Below the pieces are notes generated by a model, which did no database searches, was not told where the DNA came from, and saw only the letters and a program-made list of their open reading frames with translations. A DNA stretch of 64,000 bases from Felis catus (Eukaryota), in NCBI RefSeq assembly GCF_018350175.1, contig NC_058369.1, forward strand, positions 9,736,001 through 9,800,000, written 5' to 3'. This document shows, piece after piece, positions 58,288-64,000 of the stretch; the first letter of the stretch is position 1; each line of letters begins with the position of its first letter. The position numbers and the translations under genes are program-made.

Positions 58288-60799
58288 CAGATGGAAGCCC
58301 AGTTGGCCCTTCAGAAAGCCGTAGGACGCTTGATGGGAGGAACGGTCAGCTTCCGCTCTCCCACCTCCCCAAGGGCCCCAAGTCCAGAGAGTGAGATGCA
58401 GACAGAGCAGAGCCAACCCTCACCAAGGGCCAGACCCAGACTTGGAGGGGATAGGCTAACAAACAGATCAGATGTAAAGAGGCAGACGCACACAGGCAGA
58501 CCCAGACAGCAACAGACAGGAGCACACACAGAGCAGGAGATCCAGACAAATACTGGCCCATGAGGGGCACAGTCAGACCCAGACAGACACCAAGGGCAAG
58601 GGCAGAAGCCTGCACTGACCACCATGGACAGAGAGACAGGCAGACCCAGGGTAAGCCCCAGGCAACCCCTCCTCCATAGGGCCTATAGGGGCTTTGGGTT
58701 TCCTCCCACCCCTTCCTTTGGCTGGAAACCCTGCCTTCCTACCCGGGCTCTGACCCTCCGGACCAGGCACCCTCTGATGGTCCTTAACTTGTCTTGGAGA
58801 CAACCCCTTTAGGGACGTCCCTCTTTGGTAGGTCAAGGTCAGAGTCCTCAAGGAATCAAGTCAGAGAGGAGACACAGAAGGAAAAGGGTGTCTTGAGGAG
58901 TCTCCCCACCATTGTGCCCAGTACCTTATGCCAGGTGACCCCTCATTCTAGCTCCATAGTCATCGTCACAAACAAAGCCTCTGAGGAACCTGGGTGAGTT
59001 CTGTTCCAAACTCTTAGAGCCTCACCATCCTCATCGATAAAATGGGTATCCTAATAATAGTGGTGTAGGTAAAGCATTATTATTATAAACTTCCCTTCCT
59101 GAACCATGCTTCTCCCCCATAGTTTTAGGCATTCTGTTCTTTAGGACCTTGATTTTCACTGCAGGAGACCTCACATGGCTCTCTCAGAAGGGCCTAGATA
59201 TCCTGAGCCTGGTAAAGGGGGGCCCTCAAACTATCCCCAGAATGGGGCCCTTTTGGCTGGATTGATGGGTGGTGGGGGAGGGCTCCTTACTCTGAACTCC
59301 AGTCTGGTGTGGGAACGTGGCTGGATCCCTGGCCAAGGTCAAGAATGTGGGCTCTAGGGAAGGGGCTTCATGAAGTAGGGGAATTTCACAGGAGCGAGCA
59401 TTTCCAGGATCCCCTCCCAGGGCTTCCTGTTTGGGGACAGGTCCTACAGGGGCAGAACTTAAGGACCGTGGGCTTCAAGGGGGTGGCCTTGGGGCCTCTG
59501 TAGGGACGGGGATATGGGGGTTTAGGCAGGCTGACTTTAGAGGCGGGACTGAGGGGTGGGGCTTAGTGGCCTTGGGTGCTCCTGAAGCTGGAATATGGGG
59601 TGCCAGAAGGGGTGGGTTCAGAGGGCGGGGTGTGGAGGCAGGGCTTAGAGGATGTGGGCTTTTTGAAGATGGGCTTTGAAGGTGGTTTTATGAGGGATGA
59701 CTTTGGGGGTGGGCTTCAGAGGACGGGTCCCGGGAACTGGCCATAGGAGTGTGGGCTTTCAGAGTCAGGCTTTAGGGAGGGGCCGGGGTGGGTGCAAGGG
59801 TCTCTGGGGGCTGGCTCTGGGTAGGGATCTGGGGACCTGGCTTGGAGAGTTGTGCTGGCTCAGTCCACCTTTGACAAGGGGCGTTTTGGGGTTAACTTAA
59901 GCTCAGCACACTTGGGATCCCTGACCCCCTCAGTATTTCCCAGTAAACTGAGAAGGGACTGGACATTTGAAGGCCTCTCCCCAGGCAGTCCCCAGACCCC
60001 GGTTGGAGGTGGCTTTTCCTGAGACTGCGCATGGAGGGTTGGGGTGGGGGACCTTGAGGGGGTGGGAGCCCAAATCTGTGGGCCCCTGGAGGGAGGGACT
60101 GGGAATGGGGAGGGGGCAGCATCTTGGTGCAGTTGGGAGTCTGAGCAGGGATTTGACTGATGCCTATTTTGAAGCCCCAGGGTGAGCGACCCTGTACCCC
60201 CACATCAAGGGGGCAGATGGCCAGGGGGGGGTCTCTCCTCCAGTCCTCAGGATTCTCCGCAGTCAGGTGGACCAAGTGGCCCTACTGCCAGCCCCAAATT
60301 TGCAAAGAGGAACAACCCCCTGGGGTTGTTGTGATTCATAAACAGTCTTGCCTTGTGGGGGAACACAGTGAAGCTCACAGAAGGTATTACATTGTATTAA
60401 AATGACTTGTTTATCGCTGTTGCATCAATGTCCTGGGGCAATAACCGTCTGGCAGCCAGACCTCTTGGGGCCACTAGGAATCCCTCCTTTGCCTCTCACT
60501 AGCAGTGGGTGCCCTTTGGCCTCAGTCTCCCAACTGACAAATAGGAGTCCTCTGCACCTTCCAGGACCGTTTTGAGGATGATTTGAGTAGATGCGCCGAG
60601 AAACAAGCCCACCGCCCAGTATTGCTGCCTCTGTGTAGCAAAGCCTACGTAAATATCTACAGTTATTATTTATATTTATCTTGTGCTTTTTCCAGGTCCT
60701 GGAGCAGACAGGTCCTGCTTGCTGAATTACTGAGTTAATAGGCCCCTCACCCCCTCCAGCCTCTCCTGCCCCGACCCCACTGTCCAGTCCTGCCCCCCC

Positions 60800-60909
60800 T
60801 GGAGAAGTTGCCAAGGGTTTGGGGGAACATTCAACCTGTCGGTGAGTTTGGGCAGCTCAGGCAAACCATCGACCGTTGAGTGGACCCCGAGGCCTGGAAC
60901 TGCCATCCA
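60800..60909 (+). ncRNA. MIR181C: pre-miR-181c
   Basis: miR-181c-5p AACAUUCAACCUGUCGGUGAGU at 60826-60847; 3p arm at 60864-60885. Confidence 0.97.
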
Positions 60910-60972
60910 CCCATCATGACCCCTGCCTTCTATATCTGGAGGGCCGGGGTAGCTCCCAGATCCAGCCTGGGC

Positions 60973-61107
60973 ATCCCCTCCTTTAGGCCACAGCGAAGGT
61001 CACAATCAACATTCATTGTTGTCGGTGGGTTGTGAGGACGGAGGCCAGACCCACCGAGGGATGAATGTCACTGTGGCTGGGCCGGACACAGCCTGAGGGG
61101 AAGGGAC
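60973..61107 (+). ncRNA. MIR181D: pre-miR-181d
   Basis: miR-181d-5p AACAUUCAUUGUUGUCGGUGGGU at 61008-61030; 3p arm at 61051-61071. Confidence 0.97.
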
Positions 61108-62199
61108 TAGGGGACAAGACCCACTCACGTGATGCCCTGACCTCAGCTCCTCACCCCTTGGGGAGGGTTGGCATCTGGGATCCTTATGGACACAGGCCTG
61201 ATTTGGGGAATAGATCCAGGGGAGTGAGGGGAGTTGGGAGGCACCTGGAAAACCTTTCTGATGGGATAGCCCTGTTCCCAGAGGACTCAGGACTAGGATT
61301 TCTTGAACGAGTCAGTCAACCAATGAATGGGATGGGCAGGCAGCAGAGCCCCTCTTCTCTGTGTCTAGGTCCTGGGCCCAGCACCCACAGACCTCTGCTT
61401 TACCTGTGGTTGCCCACTTAGCACCTCGGTGCCTGCTCATCCCTTCATCTGCCGAGTCTCTGCCCCACCTGGGTACCTCTTGAGGGTCTCATTTGAGGGA
61501 GTGGGTGGGGATTGAGGTGCTGGGGGGTCCCCCCCTCCATTAACCCAGCCTGTGCCTCTGCTGCCTCCATAATGTTTTCTCACTTCCTGTCCACCCCAGG
61601 GCCAGCACCTAGCCTTAGGGGCTATGGTAACTGGATGGGGGAGACTGGCTTTTGTGTTGTCTTTGTGAAGTATGGGCAGGTGGCCTCATACCTCAGGGTG
61701 TTCATCCATGAAAGTGGTTCCACTGAAATAGGTGTGAAAGCTCCCTGAGGGACCCCTGAGCTGGGGGTCTTGATCCTTGGCCTTCCCCATGAACCAGGCA
61801 CCATCCCCCTTCCAGAGACAGCCAGAGCATCAGCAGCTCCCCACCTTCCCCAAAGAGCCCAGGGGCACCCGGCTCCTCCCCCAGCCCAGGGGAAGGAAGA
61901 CACAAGTTACTAAGTTACTGACTACATCGGTGCTTGTCTTTGGGGTGGGGCTTCCCCCTCCCCTCCCCGTCTCCCTGTGGGGCAGGACTGGCTGGCCTCA
62001 CAGGCCTCCAAGAGGGGTAGGCAGGGGTAGCCCTCCCCATGCCCCTCTGTGTGGGGGGTGGCTCCCAACTGTGGGTGCCCCCTGCAGCCTGTGTCCTGTC
62101 ACTCCCCATCACCCCCAGCCCACCTAGAGACCATGTATCCCCTGGCAGGTGCCTTTATGGGGGAGCGGCAGCAAGCCCCCCTGTGACAATGAGGAACCT

Positions 62200-62300
62200 C
62201 CCATGGCCTGCTCCTCCCCCTTCACACTTCCTTGGAGGTATAAGGAGGGAACTGACAGCCCAGACTCCTAGGCTCCACAGAGGGGAAGGGAGGGGCAGAG
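62200..62300 (+). promoter_or_regulatory. NANOS3 core promoter, TATA-like
   Basis: GGTATAAGG at ~62237-62245, about 140 nt upstream of the ATG. Confidence 0.45.
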
Positions 62301-62379
62301 GAAGGGTTAGAAAGCGGAGCTCTGGGCAGGCAAGGCTTCTTCTCTCTGCCCCTCTACCTGGCACACACGCTGCCCAGCT

Positions 62380-62875
62380 ATGGGAACCTTCAACCTATGG
62401 ACGGATTACCTGGGTTTGGCGCGCCTGGTCGGGGCTCTGCGTGGGGAAGGGGAGCCTGAGACCAGGCTGGACCCCCAGCCACAGCCAGCTCCAGGACCTG
62501 GGGGTCAGAGGCCCAGCCCGGAATCTTCAGCAGCTCCTGAACGCCTGTGCTCTTTCTGCAAACACAACGGCGAGTCCCGGGCCATCTACCAGTCCCATGT
62601 GCTCAAGGATGAGGCCGGCCGGGTGCTGTGTCCCATCCTTCGTGACTACGTGTGCCCTCAGTGCGGCGCTACGCGCGAGCGTGCCCACACCCGTCGTTTC
62701 TGCCCGCTCACTGGCCAGGGCTACACCTCCGTCTACAGCTATACCACCCGCAACTCAGCTGGCAAGAGGGTATCCCGGCCTGATAAGGCGAGGATGCAGG
62801 ACTCGGGGCATCGCAGAGGAGGAGCAGCAGGCGCGGGAGCAGCGGGCGCGGGAGCAGCGGCGGCGGCCTGTGCAG
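62380..62875 (+). CDS. NANOS3: NANOS3 coding exon 1 (short terminal exon probably beyond the window)
   Basis: [17 protein letters not shown] (NOT1-interacting motif) and two CCHC fingers CSFCKHNGE...H...C and CPQCGAT...AH...C. Probable donor CAG|gtggct at 62876; the unspliced ORF runs to 62925. Confidence 0.93.
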
Positions 62876-64000
62876 GTGGCTGGGGAGACCCGCTGTGGAG
62901 GGGACCTGCCCCAGGCTGTGGCTGAGTCCTTCGGGGCCTCTATGAAGTGGGGTTAGCCCAAGCACCCACTTTAGAGGGGCGGGGGGAGATGATCTGTGTA
63001 GAAACTTTAGAACAATATTCTAGAAGTGTTGCCCAATGTGAGTAAACTGGGGCTGGGATTAACTTGTGGCCTGGGCAAGACTCTCCCTCTTTGGGCCCAT
63101 GTGGGAAACGCCTTCTTTTCCAGGCATGGCGTGATCTGTCGGGGAGGCTGTGGGGACTAGTAGTGGGATCTGCAGTTAGGTATAGCAGGGGCTCCAGTCC
63201 TGCTTGGCACTTAGGAGCTGTGTGGCCTGAGAGAAGTTCTCAGCGTCTCTGAACCCTGGCTTCTTCATGCTCCTCCTTTGTTCACTCTTTCGCCAAATAG
63301 CTTGGGTGTCTGTTTTGTGCTGAGTGCTGGGCTGGGTCAGCGATGTGAAAATGTAGATGGGAGAGCGGCATTTCAGAGAGTGTGATGAGTGCTGAATGGG
63401 AGAGTCTGGAGGAAGCACCTGGATCCGGATGGAGGGGTCCAGGAGGGCTTCCTGGGGGAAGTGACTTTTGAAAGTCTAATTCAGTTTGATGGAGTGCTGA
63501 GAAGTGTGGCCCAGGCATTGGAGTTTGTTCAGGAACCCAGAGAAGTTAATGTATCTGGGACAGAATGCGTGTGCATGTATGGTGGAAGAGGTGTCAGAGA
63601 CTTGGGGGAACAGCACAAAAGCCTTATAAATCTTGGACTTGGGTACTAGGGAGCCACGGAAGGGGCAAGACCAGGTCTGCATGTTAACAGTATGTTGGAC
63701 CGTGGTAGACTGGACTGTCGGGACAGATTTCAGAGTGTTAGAAGGCAAGAAGGAGGCTGGTCCTCCAGGCAAAGGTGTCAAGGCAGCAAGGAGGGAGAGA
63801 CCCAGCATCCAGGGAAACGTCAGGTTGTGTGTGGATCAGCTCAGGAGGGCAGCGGGGGCATAAGTTTATGAGAGCTTTGGCTGAAGCCTCCCTAAACTGG
63901 CCCCACACTGCCTGGCTCACCCCATGGGTCACCCCATAGCGATCATCAAATGTGGATTCCGTTTCTGCAGGTCTGGGTGGGGCCTGAGCACCTGCATTTC

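Noticed and set aside
62039..62956. 305-aa alternative-frame ORF over NANOS3
   Set aside because: Starts upstream of the likely TATA/TSS; shadow frame with no recognisable motifs.
63960..63990. ttctgcag|g as the NANOS3 exon 2 acceptor
   Set aside because: Would give GLGGA-stop, unlike the remembered Ser/Pro-rich NANOS3 C-terminus; the true exon is probably beyond the window.

Overview
Mammalian genomic DNA, most likely felid: the young tRNA-derived SINEs match the SINEC_Fc type. Gene order matches human 19p13 (recalled from memory). It contains C19orf53 (3 coding exons, 99 aa, +) and ZSWIM4 (14 coding exons, 3339 nt, 1112 aa, +). Next come the miR-23a~27a~24-2 cluster (-) with candidate host-gene promoters, a ~20 kb CpG-island/AP-1-rich regulatory zone, miR-181c/miR-181d (+), and the first coding exon of NANOS3 (+). 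The rest is Can-SINE, MIR/L2, old L1, MLT1 and DNA-transposon remnants, assigned from remembered consensus sequences rather than a search. No clearly new system is proven. The best leads are: splice sites cutting through pre-miR-181c; a possible 44-aa peptide on its host transcript; an extended miR-24 site in the convergent ZSWIM4 3'UTR; an upstream CArG/ETS promoter with an alternative ZSWIM4 first exon; mirror-image TG/CA tracts around a CpG island; and an L1 rewritten towards GC.
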